Source: a virus (Duplodnaviria > Caudoviricetes). Taken from it: DNA of 64,000 nucleotides. This document shows positions 30,601 to 39,894 of this stretch, piece by piece; position 1 is the first letter of the stretch, and the number at the start of each line of letters is the position of its first letter. Where the stretch lies: the IMG/VR virus record IMGVR_UViG_3300020050_009209. One strand, written 5' to 3'. The notes beneath the pieces are model-generated. The model did not search any database and was not told where the DNA came from. It saw nothing but the letters and a program-made list of their open reading frames with translations. The translations under genes and the position numbers were made by a program.

Positions 30601-30742
30601 CCATCAGGTAATCAAGAAGTTGCGCAAGAAAAAGGGTCTGAGTGACCAAATTCTCGGGGAGGCTGCTGTGGGAGCTTTGAAGTTTGATCGATCCGAGACA
30701 GATCTTCGTGACCTGTACAGTGCAGTGCAGGGGGCGAAATGA
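27650..30742 (+). CDS. SNF2-family (SF2) helicase, intein-containing
   Basis: Walker A GDGTGLGK|T split by an intein; VVCPKS, FDEC, GLTAT, SEAINLQ, DSPWS and QLLGRMIRIG motifs. Confidence 0.9.
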   Translation: MAKLSDEDQTAIIYDRVKQVRASKTLELKPSPRLRQEITGLDGQPQPFRMRYYQSQGIFHLLTVNRMVLGDGTGLGKCEPADTLIISSEGQIPIRSLAPKEFESNSTEGFYPLDRPLAVWTGRRMATVPRFYWGGKKPTVKVTTRNNYRIEGTLVHPLLVRSEKGHVWEEAGSLQVGDHLCVERKEAPFPEVEPEVNFVPKLPHGCTKIYRYQRFLSEDLASLIGYVVGEGNRAPYGICVTQCSTLNPETHQEIRDLFFKVFGWSGNENCGQRDIRIHVSSVGIKEYLAACGVGEELSRTKFVPDLILRGTRSSVRGFLSAMFEGEGSVEVEGGVEFSSSSEQLIRTIQVLLLRFGVVSTLSPKVIPNNPHTYWRLCFFGDDARTFQASIGFRSARKKDLLRDAIKKTSNPNKDVVPFSGPMVQSLKTLILKATSQNLVSRNQYGWGIKQFGESFQSTLKHVINKKRNPTYQWLGKLLDISRGLGLSTTEEYLEVLGVYERRFFYDPIVKVEYGEADVMDIEVEDPDHCYVANGLVSHNTIQVLGAFCYTWDRDPQMKVIVVCPKSAIRQWGAEVEKFTVGVKTFVATGTVAQRKATYAAWEAETESRAILVMNYHTLVRDWDQDIQKVAPPPGSKHGTQPTLGLGLLDGMTSRIPKIIVCFDECVAFKNPSTKTHKVCKALSVKSSKVWGLTATLLKNNLMEGFGIYQVIRPGTFKSKTAFLEAYCVTEMQRVKGGIKVPIVVGYHNLVHFRDTIDPFFYGRPKHVVSDELPTLTTREILCELSPQEDAKYQEALAGLLELGDGDQKDYRETRELTSLIYTQEVVNSLALLKFEEGDTQFEGKSAKEQALLDLLTEEFDGEKVIVYTRFEKLVGRLQKLLTAEKIKSVRITGKEKDTDRKKAQDKFQDLTSDVSVVFITDAGSEAINLQAACGMVFFDSPWSWGQYVQLLGRMIRIGSIHQSVLAIHLVAERHGKTSKKETIDHQVIKKLRKKKGLSDQILGEAAVGALKFDRSETDLRDLYSAVQGAK
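27881..29266 (+). mobile_element. Intein (462 aa) with LAGLIDADG endonuclease in the helicase Walker A
   Basis: Starts CEPADT, block B GTLVHPLL, LIGYVVGEG and FLSAMFEGEG motifs, ends YVANGLVSHN followed by Thr. Confidence 0.92.
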
Positions 30743-30957
30743 GTGGCGGATGTGACACGGAGTGGTCCGACCTCGACCGCGCCCGAGTGACCATTGCTAA
30801 TCTCACCAAAGAGAGAGACACGCTGAAAGAAAAGGTGGAGGCTCTAATGAGGGAGCGCAACACGCTCCGCACGGACGTTGACCGTTACTTCGAGCGGATG
30901 GTGAGGCTGGAGGGCGAGCGTGACCGCGCCGAGAAGGACGATGGAGAAGTGAAGTGA
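30739..30957 (+). CDS. Small coiled-coil protein
   Basis: Heptad pattern LTKERDTLKEKVEALMRERNTL. Confidence 0.55.
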   Translation: MSGGCDTEWSDLDRARVTIANLTKERDTLKEKVEALMRERNTLRTDVDRYFERMVRLEGERDRAEKDDGEVK

Positions 30958-31841
30958 CCCTAGATCCTGAGTTCTTTGCGGTTGACCCATTGGTAGAGTC
31001 CTGCCCTAACTGCGTAAAGTGTGGCGGTAGGGGCTACATCATGAAGGATGGAGATCCTTTCACTCAAGTGGAGTGTAATAACCTGTTCCTGAGAAGGGTG
31101 GGGTTGAAGTTAGGGGTTGAAATCGCGACAGCTGCCACTCTAGCAGATTCCCCACTCTACGTATGGGGAGGGAAGGATAAGACTCAGAGTAACCTCTTCC
31201 TAAAGGGGGACTGGGTAGACCTACTACCTCACCTAAAGTGCGCACTCCTTCGCAAGTTCTACAGCTGTGGAGTAGAGGCCTTTAGTTTCCGGGTGGTCAC
31301 GGATGAGCGACTCAAGAATGTGTACCTATCGAATGAGGCCTACACAGCGAAGCAGCGTAAGAAGCGAGATGAGGGGGAGGTCTACAACTCGCTTTCCGAC
31401 CTCATTGGCAACTCCCACAACCTCATCATCATTAGGCTTGGCTTCCTCGGCTACAAGAACGTGGCTATGCCCGGAATCCTAAAAGAGACCCTGATGATGA
31501 GGCAAGCTCAAGGAGTTCCAACTTGGGTAGTAGAGGACCCAGACTCCCCTTTTGTCCCAGGGCATTTTTCGTGGAGTCTAGATGTTAGCGATTACATAAC
31601 GAGGTACTACGAGACGTTGGACTTTACTTCGGCTGTAAGGACTCCTAGGTCAGGTCTTCCTGAGGAAGAAGACGAAGGTCTTGGTCTGGATACGCCAGAG
31701 ACGGAGGTAGCTCCAGAGCCTAAGCCAAGAGTCAAAGCTCAAGCGCCAGTGGTGGTTGAAGGGGTGGCTGACTTCAGCTCAGACCTTGCGTTGGGTACGG
31801 GGTACGTCAAGAAGAACTACAAGAAGGGAGGTAGAGGTTGA
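30954..31841 (+). CDS. Degenerate DnaC/IstB-like helicase loader with N-terminal Zn finger
   Basis: CPNCVKCGGRG; NLFLKG strand without GKT; LIIIRLG at the Walker B position; R...PTWVV; directly upstream of DnaB. Confidence 0.45.
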   Translation: MTLDPEFFAVDPLVESCPNCVKCGGRGYIMKDGDPFTQVECNNLFLRRVGLKLGVEIATAATLADSPLYVWGGKDKTQSNLFLKGDWVDLLPHLKCALLRKFYSCGVEAFSFRVVTDERLKNVYLSNEAYTAKQRKKRDEGEVYNSLSDLIGNSHNLIIIRLGFLGYKNVAMPGILKETLMMRQAQGVPTWVVEDPDSPFVPGHFSWSLDVSDYITRYYETLDFTSAVRTPRSGLPEEEDEGLGLDTPETEVAPEPKPRVKAQAPVVVEGVADFSSDLALGTGYVKKNYKKGGRG

Positions 31842-33307
31842 AATCCATACTTCGTAGCGTAATTGACATTGCAGGTAATGAAGACCAGGTAAATCTCATC
31901 GCCAACCTCCAAAAGTTGATGGTGTCCAAGGTTGAATGGACTCAACCAGCGGATCAGCGAATTTACGACCAAATTACGCACTACTTCCAGCTAAAGTACG
32001 AAGTCCCATCCGGACAGACGCTCATGGACTTCTTCGAGGTCCAACGAGACCAGGAAGCGATTGAGCGGGTCAAGGACTTTACGAATGTGCAGGCGTACAT
32101 TCGTACGAACTTTGCGCACCTCCTAACTACAACCCTTGAGAAGCAAGGCCAGATTAAGGCGATCACGCTCTTCAAGGAAGCCGGAGAGATTGCAGGTCGA
32201 GGGCTCATCATCGACAAGGAGAAGAAGCAAGGAGTAGCTGAGGCTCTTGCACATGTCTATGAGCATGGGTCTAAGCTAATTGCATCCGAGTTCAACTCTA
32301 GAGCAGAGGGGGATGCTCGGGATGACGGGCAAGAGGTTTGGGATCGTTATCAGCACGCCAAGAACAACCCAAGTGAAGCTTGGGGTAAGCTATGTGGGCT
32401 AAACGAGATAGACAAGGTAATCAAGGGAGGTAAGAAGGGAGAGCTTTGGCTCCATGCTGCATTCACGGGTGAGCTGAAGTCTACCTTTGCTCTGAATTGG
32501 GCCTACAACCTAGTTACCAGGTACAGGACCAACGTATTCTATGCCACCCTAGAGATGCCCTACACCCAGGTTGTAGACAAGCTCTATGTCATGCATAGCT
32601 CGAATCATCGATTCCGAGCTTTGGGCTATGCACCTCTCAGTTACGCAAAGGTGATAGCTGGGGAGTTGACTCCAGAAGAGGAGAAGTTCTGGCAACTGGT
32701 CATCACGGACTTCACTACAAACGAAGAGTACGGGTCTCTCCATTTCTGGTCTCCGATTGAGGATGCAAACACGGATGACATCCGTGTTAAGGCAGAAATT
32801 GTCAACCAGAAGCACAGCCTTGGTCTTGTGATCATCGACCACGGTGGAATCGTACAGGCAAGACGAAAGAAGCAGTCGAAGGACTACGTTATCGAGTTGA
32901 ACTCTGTCATTCGCGACTCAAAGCGGCTGGCACTCCAGTTCAACAATGGTCAGAAGATTCTCGTTATGCTGCTATTCCAGATCAGCCGAGAGGGTAAGGA
33001 GTACGCAGACAAGAATGAGGGTCGCTACAAGCTGAGAGCACTGAGCTACGCAAATGAGGCGGAGCGGTCTGCGGATTACGTAACCACTACGTATCTGAAC
33101 GAAGAGCATCGAACAGCTGGGACCACGATCTTCGACATGTTGAAACGACGGGATGGGGCGTTCTTTAAGCCATTCCTTGCAGGGATCGATTGGAATACTA
33201 GTCGTATCTACAATCGAGACACCTTCAGCAATGTAGGGGATCGGGGGTTGGGAATCGACAACGAGAGAGACATATCTCAAGCTCTAGCGGGCATGTTTTC
33301 GGTGTAA
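31838..33307 (+). CDS. dnaB: DnaB-like replicative helicase
   Basis: GELWLHAAFTGELKST (variant Walker A), TLEM, LVIIDH, FQISREG, ANEAERSAD and KRRDG motifs. Confidence 0.8.
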   Translation: MKSILRSVIDIAGNEDQVNLIANLQKLMVSKVEWTQPADQRIYDQITHYFQLKYEVPSGQTLMDFFEVQRDQEAIERVKDFTNVQAYIRTNFAHLLTTTLEKQGQIKAITLFKEAGEIAGRGLIIDKEKKQGVAEALAHVYEHGSKLIASEFNSRAEGDARDDGQEVWDRYQHAKNNPSEAWGKLCGLNEIDKVIKGGKKGELWLHAAFTGELKSTFALNWAYNLVTRYRTNVFYATLEMPYTQVVDKLYVMHSSNHRFRALGYAPLSYAKVIAGELTPEEEKFWQLVITDFTTNEEYGSLHFWSPIEDANTDDIRVKAEIVNQKHSLGLVIIDHGGIVQARRKKQSKDYVIELNSVIRDSKRLALQFNNGQKILVMLLFQISREGKEYADKNEGRYKLRALSYANEAERSADYVTTTYLNEEHRTAGTTIFDMLKRRDGAFFKPFLAGIDWNTSRIYNRDTFSNVGDRGLGIDNERDISQALAGMFSV

Positions 33308-33317
33308 GGAGGGTCCT

Positions 33318-33533
33318 ATGTCCGGTAACTTTCAACAACAAGCGAGACAGCCTGGAGATGGTCAGGTGGCCGTACAAGCCATGGGTAATGGTCGACTGGC
33401 TCTTTGTGTGGATGATGCGGATGGTAACTTCGCAGTCTTCATGTCAGAGCACAACGCCGCTAGGGTTGTAGCTTTACTAGCTACTTATCTTCGCATCAGA
33501 CTCAATCCAAAAGATGCGAATAACATCAAGTGA
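33318..33533 (+). CDS. Hypothetical protein
   Basis: 71-aa ORF with AAGGAGG SD. Confidence 0.55.
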   Translation: MSGNFQQQARQPGDGQVAVQAMGNGRLALCVDDADGNFAVFMSEHNAARVVALLATYLRIRLNPKDANNIK

Positions 33534-34177
33534 GACAGGTCAACTCTAGTGACAACCTGCGGGAAGCCCTACAAGATAGTGCCCGTAGTGGGTTGTACAA
33601 GGAATGGGTAAGTCAGCGAGCTAACGCCATACGAGATACAGTGACCGCCTATGACGTACTCCGTCATTTTGGGGTTAGTCTCAAGTATGCCGGAGATGAC
33701 AACGAAGAGCAGATATCGTGCCCCTTCCATGGAGAAGACAACTCTCCTTCTGCAAGGGTGTACCCACAGAGCGCTAGGTCGTCTAGCCATGTTTGGTGTT
33801 TCGTTTGCAATGAGCGATGGGATGTCTTTGCTCTATGGAAGAAGTTCCAAGGGGAGGACCAGAAGTTCACTCAGTTACTATTCGGTATCGAGCGTGCTTT
33901 TGGATTGACTACCCCAGAAGCCCCGGAAGTCTCCTCAGGAGCTAGCTCAGTCCGAGGTCCTACAGAGAGGGAGCAGGAAGTTCTCTCTCTGTTAGATACC
34001 TGCGAACGTAGGCTCAAACAAGCTAAGGAGAGCTGCGATATGGTAGGTTTTCTCACCTTAGGTAAGCTACTAGACACTCTGCACTACCAGGTCACTAATC
34101 GGTTAATCGATATCGAAGATGCCTGGAAACATACTCGTGCCATCCTAGATAAGATTGGCAGTAAGATTCGTGCCTAG
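33530..34177 (+). CDS. Stand-alone CHC2 primase-type zinc-binding domain protein
   Basis: ISCPFHGEDNSPS...WCFVC...D; no TOPRIM domain follows. Confidence 0.75.
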   Translation: MRQVNSSDNLREALQDSARSGLYKEWVSQRANAIRDTVTAYDVLRHFGVSLKYAGDDNEEQISCPFHGEDNSPSARVYPQSARSSSHVWCFVCNERWDVFALWKKFQGEDQKFTQLLFGIERAFGLTTPEAPEVSSGASSVRGPTEREQEVLSLLDTCERRLKQAKESCDMVGFLTLGKLLDTLHYQVTNRLIDIEDAWKHTRAILDKIGSKIRA

Positions 34178-34592
34178 GCAGCTCAAGCTGAAGACCGTTG
34201 AGCTTGGGGGTCTGGAACTCTACCTCATCTATCAGTACGGGGAAGTCTGGGAGGATGCTTGGGTTGCAGCTCAAAGTCTCCCGATCGCAGAGTTGTTCAC
34301 GACCATCCACTTCGAGGTCATGAATCACGCTTTACGCGGTTGGACTTCTCCGCTCGTGAAGGCTCTTGGGCTTTCTCCAGCAGGCGCCTTACGTAAGCTC
34401 CCACTAAAGGATAGGACTTGCTACAAAAAGACCGTATGTCCGCTATACACGAAGGACTGCCAACCTCAGTCGCTAAAAATGCCATGGTGTTTCGAGCCGG
34501 GATCCGTCGTAGACCTCACAGCTAGGGGATTAGGTGCAGAAGCCATCCGACTGTGGAAGTTGGGTGTGTACCTAATTGTTGTAACTCACTAA
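34170..34592 (+). CDS. Cys-containing hypothetical protein
   Basis: C...CPLY..C...PWCF cluster; start at GTG 34170 or TTG 34155. Confidence 0.55.
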   Translation: MPRQLKLKTVELGGLELYLIYQYGEVWEDAWVAAQSLPIAELFTTIHFEVMNHALRGWTSPLVKALGLSPAGALRKLPLKDRTCYKKTVCPLYTKDCQPQSLKMPWCFEPGSVVDLTARGLGAEAIRLWKLGVYLIVVTH

Positions 34593-34625
34593 TTTACCAC
34601 GACAACTGCCAACTTTTGGAGATAC

Positions 34626-37600
34626 ATGTCCAACGCAAGCCCCCTAGACTTCATGCAGAATGTAGGTCTCACTCAACAGAGGGAGACGCCGAATATTGTG
34701 AAGCCTTGGATGAAGTACCATCGATTCGAGGTGGTAAGTACGATTGAGAAGCTTGAGTGGGTTATTCAGAAGGCCTTTGAGGCTAAGGAGTGCTCCCTTG
34801 ACCTGGAGACTCAGGGACTGGATACCCGAGTCTACCTCAAGCCTGTCTCAGAGTTGGAATCCCCTCACGAGATTTGGTGGGACCCAGCATCACCTCCTGC
34901 ATTAGTCCCTCAATCTGTTCACAAGATTGTGGGCTACTGTCTGTCCTACGATGGCATAACGGGGTACTACGTTCCTGTTCGTCACACTGCCCCAGGAGCC
35001 GTGAACGTAGACCTTGTGAGAGCTGGGCAGCTTATCTCAAAGCTGTGTCATGCAGCCCAACCTGAGTTGACAACGGAGGGACTAGCTCAGGACCCATTAG
35101 GCAGCTACTTGATCAAAACTCCAGGTAAGATCAAGCTATACTTTTGGCACGCTAAGTTCGATCAGGAGCTACTCTACCCGGTGACAGGGATCGACTTTTG
35201 GCATCCAGAATCCTATGAGGATGGGATGCTACTGTACTTTGTTAAGTACACTAGCGATAAAAACCTAGACCTGAAGCAGAAGTCCTTCAAAGAGCTGTTT
35301 GTACGAGACGCTCAAGGGAAGCTCATAACGGAGAACAACAACGCTATCCCCTACGAGATGATCAAGCTGAAGGAGCTGTTCTTGAAGGGGCGAGAGATTG
35401 ACTTCCCTTCGCTTCACCCAGAAGAGCCAGGTGTAGTTGCCTACGCCTGCTCTGATGCCATTTGCACGTTCCTGCATTGCAAAAAGCCGGAACTCATCAG
35501 TATGACACGGGACCCGAAGTATTTCCCGATGTATCGCCTTGAAAAGCAGTCTGCTCAGGCACTACGGGGTATGGAGCGTAATCGAGTTAAGCTCGACTTG
35601 CCCTACGTGCGATCCTTGTTTGCCGAGGCAAGAATAGAGGCAGATGGCTACCGAAATCAAATCGTTACGCTCGCTAGCGAGTATGGCTTTCCTGACTTCG
35701 ACCCACAGTCTCCAGCTCAGTTGGCGGAGTTTCTATTCAAGTCCCCAAGTGGCTTGAAGATCGAGCCCAAACCAGAGCAAACCCCTAGTGGTCAGTACAA
35801 AACGGACGCTGATACCCTAGAGAAAATCGTACTAGAGAACTCAGGTGTCAATCCAATCCTTCTTGTGGTGGTCAAGTACCGACAAGTGGAAAAGGTTATT
35901 GGTACCTACTTGGAGGCTATGGTCGCTAATTGCGATGCCAACGATGAGGCCAGGGTGCAATTCAAGCAAACAGGAGCTGCAACCGGGCGTATCTCAGCTC
36001 CTGGTGGCGACCCCAAACACGGGTACTGTGGGTTCCCTCCTCACGGTATTCCAAGCACCTATGACGAGAAGAAGCCAAAGGTAGCTACGTGCCTAAGGCA
36101 AGCTTTCATTGCTCGACCTGGTTACACGATGGTGAAGGTCGACTTTGCTGGAGAAGAGCTTAGGATTGTAACCAACCTATCTCAGGAGCCTGTCTGGATC
36201 AAAGAGTTCTTGGAGGGGACCGGGGACCTCCATACGATTACAGCAAAGGCGTTCTTCAACAAGGAAGACATCACAAAACAGGAACGCCAGCAAGGTAAGA
36301 TTGCCAACTTCTCTCTCGTTTACGGAGGTGGAGTGCGGGCGATTATGAACGCAACGGGTTGCAACCAACCTGAGGCAGGTCGTAGGAAGCTAAACTTCGA
36401 CAAGTCCATGCCAAGGTTTGCTGGTTGGGTCACACTCCAGAAGAAGTACATTCACGAACACAAGGGAGTGAAAACTGCTTTTGGTCGATGGATTGCGACA
36501 CCTCAGGTTGACAGCGAGGACAAGGCTCTAGTAGGTGCCGCAGAAAGGTGGTCTATAAATTATCCCATACAAGGCTGTCAAAATTTCAACTCTAGAGTTA
36601 TGACTACTCAGGGGTTCAAACGTATTGGAGACTTGGAGGGTAGTGGAGAGGCATTTACCGCTTGGACCGGGTCTGTATGGGCTACAGCCAAAGCGTTCAA
36701 TATGGGCCAGTGCCAGCTATCCAACATCAGATTGGCAGATGGGGCAACTGTAACGTGTGACACCCGCCACAAACTTCTTGTAGTTACCGAAGAAGGGTAT
36801 AATTGGGTAGATTACCCAGAATTGAAACCAAAGGATAAGGTAGCTACCTCCCTGTGTTTCCCAGTTGAGTTCTCTCCTGAGCCGCTAGCTGGTATAACCC
36901 CTCAGAAGCTATCGAGGTTAGCTGTAACTCCAGACTCGGATCTCCAAGACTTTTGGTATTGGATGGGGCGTTACTATGGGGATGGTAACGTTTACTTGAC
37001 TCACAATCCTGGTATTACTTACTCATTTGGGGACCATGAGGGGGAGGCTATTGCTCGTTGCGTTGCCTTTTGGAAGTTGTGGGGATTGAACCCTAAAGTT
37101 AAGACAGGTACCCACCAACCAGACCAAAAAATATCGACTCGTCATCAAGTTGTCGTGTACAGCAAAGACCTTGCCTTTTGGTTAAAGTCTATAGGAATAG
37201 AGCCTGCTACAGCGCACACCAAAAAGCTTACCCCTCGCATCCTGCAAGAGACCCTAGTCAACCGTAAAGCCTTCATGAGGGGCTTCATGGACTCAGATGG
37301 TTGTCGCCCAACTGTCGAGAAAAATAAGGGTAACCCTTATAGCCTACATCTTTGCCAACGGGAGTTGCTTGCTGACACGAAGTTGCTTCTTCGTACGTTA
37401 GGTGTAGAGTCCTGTGTTCGTGGCCCGTACCAGTATGTCAATAAGAAAACTGGATTGGAGACGACGAGCTACCGACTAGACATCCAGCGAAGGATGTTTG
37501 AGCGTAATGTCATGGACCGTACGGACCTAAGATACGAGAAGTTTCACGACATGGAGGCCCCAAAGTTCCTTGTAGTAAACTTCTTGTCTAAGGGTACTTG

Positions 37601-38654
37601 GAAGCGGTCAGACTTCAAAGGGGACCAATCCTTGTACACTCTGTACAGTCGTATTCGTACTGGAGGCAAGGTAGGGGTGTATACCCTTGACCGACTCTGT
37701 CGAACCTTGGGGGTTCGACTAGACCATCCTATCTACGGCTTCAAACGGCTTGTGTCCAAGACCGAGCTTGACAGAGTAGAGGACACCTACACCCTGTCAG
37801 TCAATGACCCTCTCCATCGATTTGAGGCCGATGGGGTTATCTCAAAGAACAGTGGCGCGGATATCATGAAAATGGCCATGGTTCTCCTACACAAGGAGTT
37901 CTACAGGCTAGGATGGTATGCTCAAGACGCCATTCGAATGTTGTTGACTGTTCATGACGAGATCGTCTTCGAGGTGAAGCACCATCTCGTACCAGAGGCC
38001 ATGCCGATCATTGAGGAGCTAATGACTCGTCCAGGTCGAATGGCTCGATGGCAAGTCCCTCTTGAGGTGGAGCCCCTGATTGACTCTACTTGGGATGCTA
38101 AGTACGACTACCACAAGATTCTCCATGGCTCCTTCAAGCCACCGAAGGAAGGAGAGAAGCTAAAGGGCCTAGACCTTCGAGTGGGTAATTACATCTTCCA
38201 CAAGGTGCCAGCTTGGTTGGAAGGCATTGTTATCCCGGATTGGCAGCGTGAAGGTTGGGACCCTAGTGCAAAGCAGCAGAAGTCGTTAGGGGCTCCAATT
38301 GCTGGAATTGTAACTCCCCCAACCGTACAAGCTCCGTCTCCGGTACAAGCTCAAGCTCAGGTCACGGCCCCTTCAGCTCTCCCCCCAGTAGCCAACCCTA
38401 CAACTGCCGTAGCAGAGCCAGAGACACCTCTTACCGAGGATGACATATTCGTCTACCCTATTTACACCCTTACCGAGTTCACCATGAGGAAGGTGGCGGC
38501 TATCTGCATAGAGCTACTGGACGATGGAGACTGTAAAGTGCTCCACCTAGTCTCTGTAAAGGAGCCTGGTCAGTACGTTCTAATTGACGCGAGTCTTGGC
38601 ATTCGAGTCAACCCAGAAAGTTTTGGTCGTCTAATGCGCGATCGTGGGCTATAG
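34626..38654 (+). CDS. polA: Family A DNA polymerase with 3'-5' exonuclease, intein-containing
   Basis: Exo motifs DLET, HAKFD, YACSD; polymerase motifs TGRIS, DFAGEELR (A), RQQGKIANFSLVYG (B), NYPIQG|SGAD, VHDEI (C). Confidence 0.93.
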   Translation: MSNASPLDFMQNVGLTQQRETPNIVKPWMKYHRFEVVSTIEKLEWVIQKAFEAKECSLDLETQGLDTRVYLKPVSELESPHEIWWDPASPPALVPQSVHKIVGYCLSYDGITGYYVPVRHTAPGAVNVDLVRAGQLISKLCHAAQPELTTEGLAQDPLGSYLIKTPGKIKLYFWHAKFDQELLYPVTGIDFWHPESYEDGMLLYFVKYTSDKNLDLKQKSFKELFVRDAQGKLITENNNAIPYEMIKLKELFLKGREIDFPSLHPEEPGVVAYACSDAICTFLHCKKPELISMTRDPKYFPMYRLEKQSAQALRGMERNRVKLDLPYVRSLFAEARIEADGYRNQIVTLASEYGFPDFDPQSPAQLAEFLFKSPSGLKIEPKPEQTPSGQYKTDADTLEKIVLENSGVNPILLVVVKYRQVEKVIGTYLEAMVANCDANDEARVQFKQTGAATGRISAPGGDPKHGYCGFPPHGIPSTYDEKKPKVATCLRQAFIARPGYTMVKVDFAGEELRIVTNLSQEPVWIKEFLEGTGDLHTITAKAFFNKEDITKQERQQGKIANFSLVYGGGVRAIMNATGCNQPEAGRRKLNFDKSMPRFAGWVTLQKKYIHEHKGVKTAFGRWIATPQVDSEDKALVGAAERWSINYPIQGCQNFNSRVMTTQGFKRIGDLEGSGEAFTAWTGSVWATAKAFNMGQCQLSNIRLADGATVTCDTRHKLLVVTEEGYNWVDYPELKPKDKVATSLCFPVEFSPEPLAGITPQKLSRLAVTPDSDLQDFWYWMGRYYGDGNVYLTHNPGITYSFGDHEGEAIARCVAFWKLWGLNPKVKTGTHQPDQKISTRHQVVVYSKDLAFWLKSIGIEPATAHTKKLTPRILQETLVNRKAFMRGFMDSDGCRPTVEKNKGNPYSLHLCQRELLADTKLLLRTLGVESCVRGPYQYVNKKTGLETTSYRLDIQRRMFERNVMDRTDLRYEKFHDMEAPKFLVVNFLSKGTWKRSDFKGDQSLYTLYSRIRTGGKVGVYTLDRLCRTLGVRLDHPIYGFKRLVSKTELDRVEDTYTLSVNDPLHRFEADGVISKNSGADIMKMAMVLLHKEFYRLGWYAQDAIRMLLTVHDEIVFEVKHHLVPEAMPIIEELMTRPGRMARWQVPLEVEPLIDSTWDAKYDYHKILHGSFKPPKEGEKLKGLDLRVGNYIFHKVPAWLEGIVIPDWQREGWDPSAKQQKSLGAPIAGIVTPPTVQAPSPVQAQAQVTAPSALPPVANPTTAVAEPETPLTEDDIFVYPIYTLTEFTMRKVAAICIELLDDGDCKVLHLVSVKEPGQYVLIDASLGIRVNPESFGRLMRDRGL
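36576..37850 (+). mobile_element. Intein (425 aa) with LAGLIDADG endonuclease in DNA polymerase
   Basis: Starts CQNFNS after NYPIQG; TCDTRHKL; WMGRYYGDG and FMRGFMDSDG; ends ADGVISKN followed by Ser. Confidence 0.92.
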
Positions 38655-38663
38655 TCGAAGAGC

Positions 38664-39248
38664 ATGGACCGTAAAGACTACCTTGGAGAGTGCAACGAAT
38701 TTCGCCTACCTTTGGCCGAATTTCAGGAGACCTTCTGCCAAAGGTGCTCGCAACCCGAATGCACAAGGAGTCTTTACGGCACCTCGCTTTTTGACCGTCG
38801 TGTAAATACCTGGCACGAACGGCTATTCTCTGCGGTACCTAAGATGGATTCTAGTGATCCAAGGTTTGCTGAGATAGCTACCAAGAAATTCATGCTAATC
38901 GACCCTAGCCCTCCTTATGAGGTAGCCTCTTGGGTGGAGCCTTCCCAGGAGGTTGTAAAGGTCGATGGTACGGACCCTGGTACGAGCAAGAAGCCATCGG
39001 AAGAGGTTCAGGAGGTTCAGGTACCTCAAGTCCTCCCAACCCCACCTACCCCAACCCAGGAACCTCCAAGGGTTCTCGGGTTGGGTGGGTTAAATACTCC
39101 TAATCATGGGGGTAAGTTCATAGGAGGGGGGCCTCCAGTGGCTCCTCCGACTCGGGATCCTTGGGCTGCCCCAACGGCACCTAAGGGGGACGTAGTAAAA
39201 AAAGGTGCGATTATTCGGCTCGGGGGCGATCGTGGTGGTGTAAAGTAG
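38664..39248 (+). CDS. Hypothetical protein with Cys-rich N-terminus and Pro-rich C-terminus
   Basis: C...FCQRCSQPEC motif; follows polA. Confidence 0.55.
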   Translation: MDRKDYLGECNEFRLPLAEFQETFCQRCSQPECTRSLYGTSLFDRRVNTWHERLFSAVPKMDSSDPRFAEIATKKFMLIDPSPPYEVASWVEPSQEVVKVDGTDPGTSKKPSEEVQEVQVPQVLPTPPTPTQEPPRVLGLGGLNTPNHGGKFIGGGPPVAPPTRDPWAAPTAPKGDVVKKGAIIRLGGDRGGVK

Positions 39249-39279
39249 AGCAGCAACCTACGGATAGAGGTAAGGGAAG

Positions 39280-39453
39280 ATGGAATTTACGACGTTGATT
39301 AAGCCGGACGGTAAGGTAGTGGTGGAGGTTACAGACCGCCAAGAGCACCTGTGTGCTGAGATCTACAAGGTCACCAATCGAATGGGGACTCAGCTCTCAG
39401 ATGAGGAGCTTCCAGATTGCGCCTCTACTGTCCGTGAAACCACGAGCACCTAA
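39280..39453 (+). CDS. DUF2997-like small protein (57 aa, not in ORF track)
   Basis: MEFTTLIKPDGKVVVEVTDRQEHLCAEI matches the I..DG.V..EV.....C pattern; adjacent to DUF1257-like and Ycf46-like genes. Confidence 0.6.
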   Translation: MEFTTLIKPDGKVVVEVTDRQEHLCAEIYKVTNRMGTQLSDEELPDCASTVRETTST

Positions 39454-39464
39454 AAGGAAACAAC

Positions 39465-39797
39465 ATGTCACATCGAGTAACTGTCCAGACTGCAATCACA
39501 AACAAGGATTTTGCTGTGGCTGCTATGACTCAGCTGAAGATCCAACATCGGGTGGAAGGGTCCACCATCCACCTCACCTCAGGGAACTTTGCGGGTTCTA
39601 GGTTGAACCTGACTACGGGTGAGTTGGTAAGTGGTGACACGGACCACGTCCGAGTGACGACGGAGACCTTTGGGGTACTACGTCAGACCTACGCAGAGGC
39701 TCAATACCGTGCCGAAGCCTTTCAGCAGGGTATTGACATTCTTGGTCGAGAAGTCCTCAAGGACGGCACGATCAAGCTTGTTTGTCGAATGGCCTGA
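39465..39797 (+). CDS. DUF1257/Ycf35-like protein
   Basis: MSHxxTVQTxI start, L.QTYA..., GI.I..RE.L.DGTIKLV. Confidence 0.7.
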   Translation: MSHRVTVQTAITNKDFAVAAMTQLKIQHRVEGSTIHLTSGNFAGSRLNLTTGELVSGDTDHVRVTTETFGVLRQTYAEAQYRAEAFQQGIDILGREVLKDGTIKLVCRMA

Positions 39798-39821
39798 ACC
39801 TTCCTAGGCAGTTGGTGTAGT

Positions 39822-39862
39822 AAGCTCATCTTCCTTTCGAAGAAGGTGAGCTTTCACTTTTT
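39822..39862 (+). terminator. Putative intrinsic terminator
   Basis: Stem AAGCTCATCTTC / GAAGGTGAGCTT (one G:U pair) followed by TCACTTTTT. Confidence 0.65.
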
Positions 39863-39894
39863 ACGGTACACGGTACCTCAAAACGAGACCCAAA

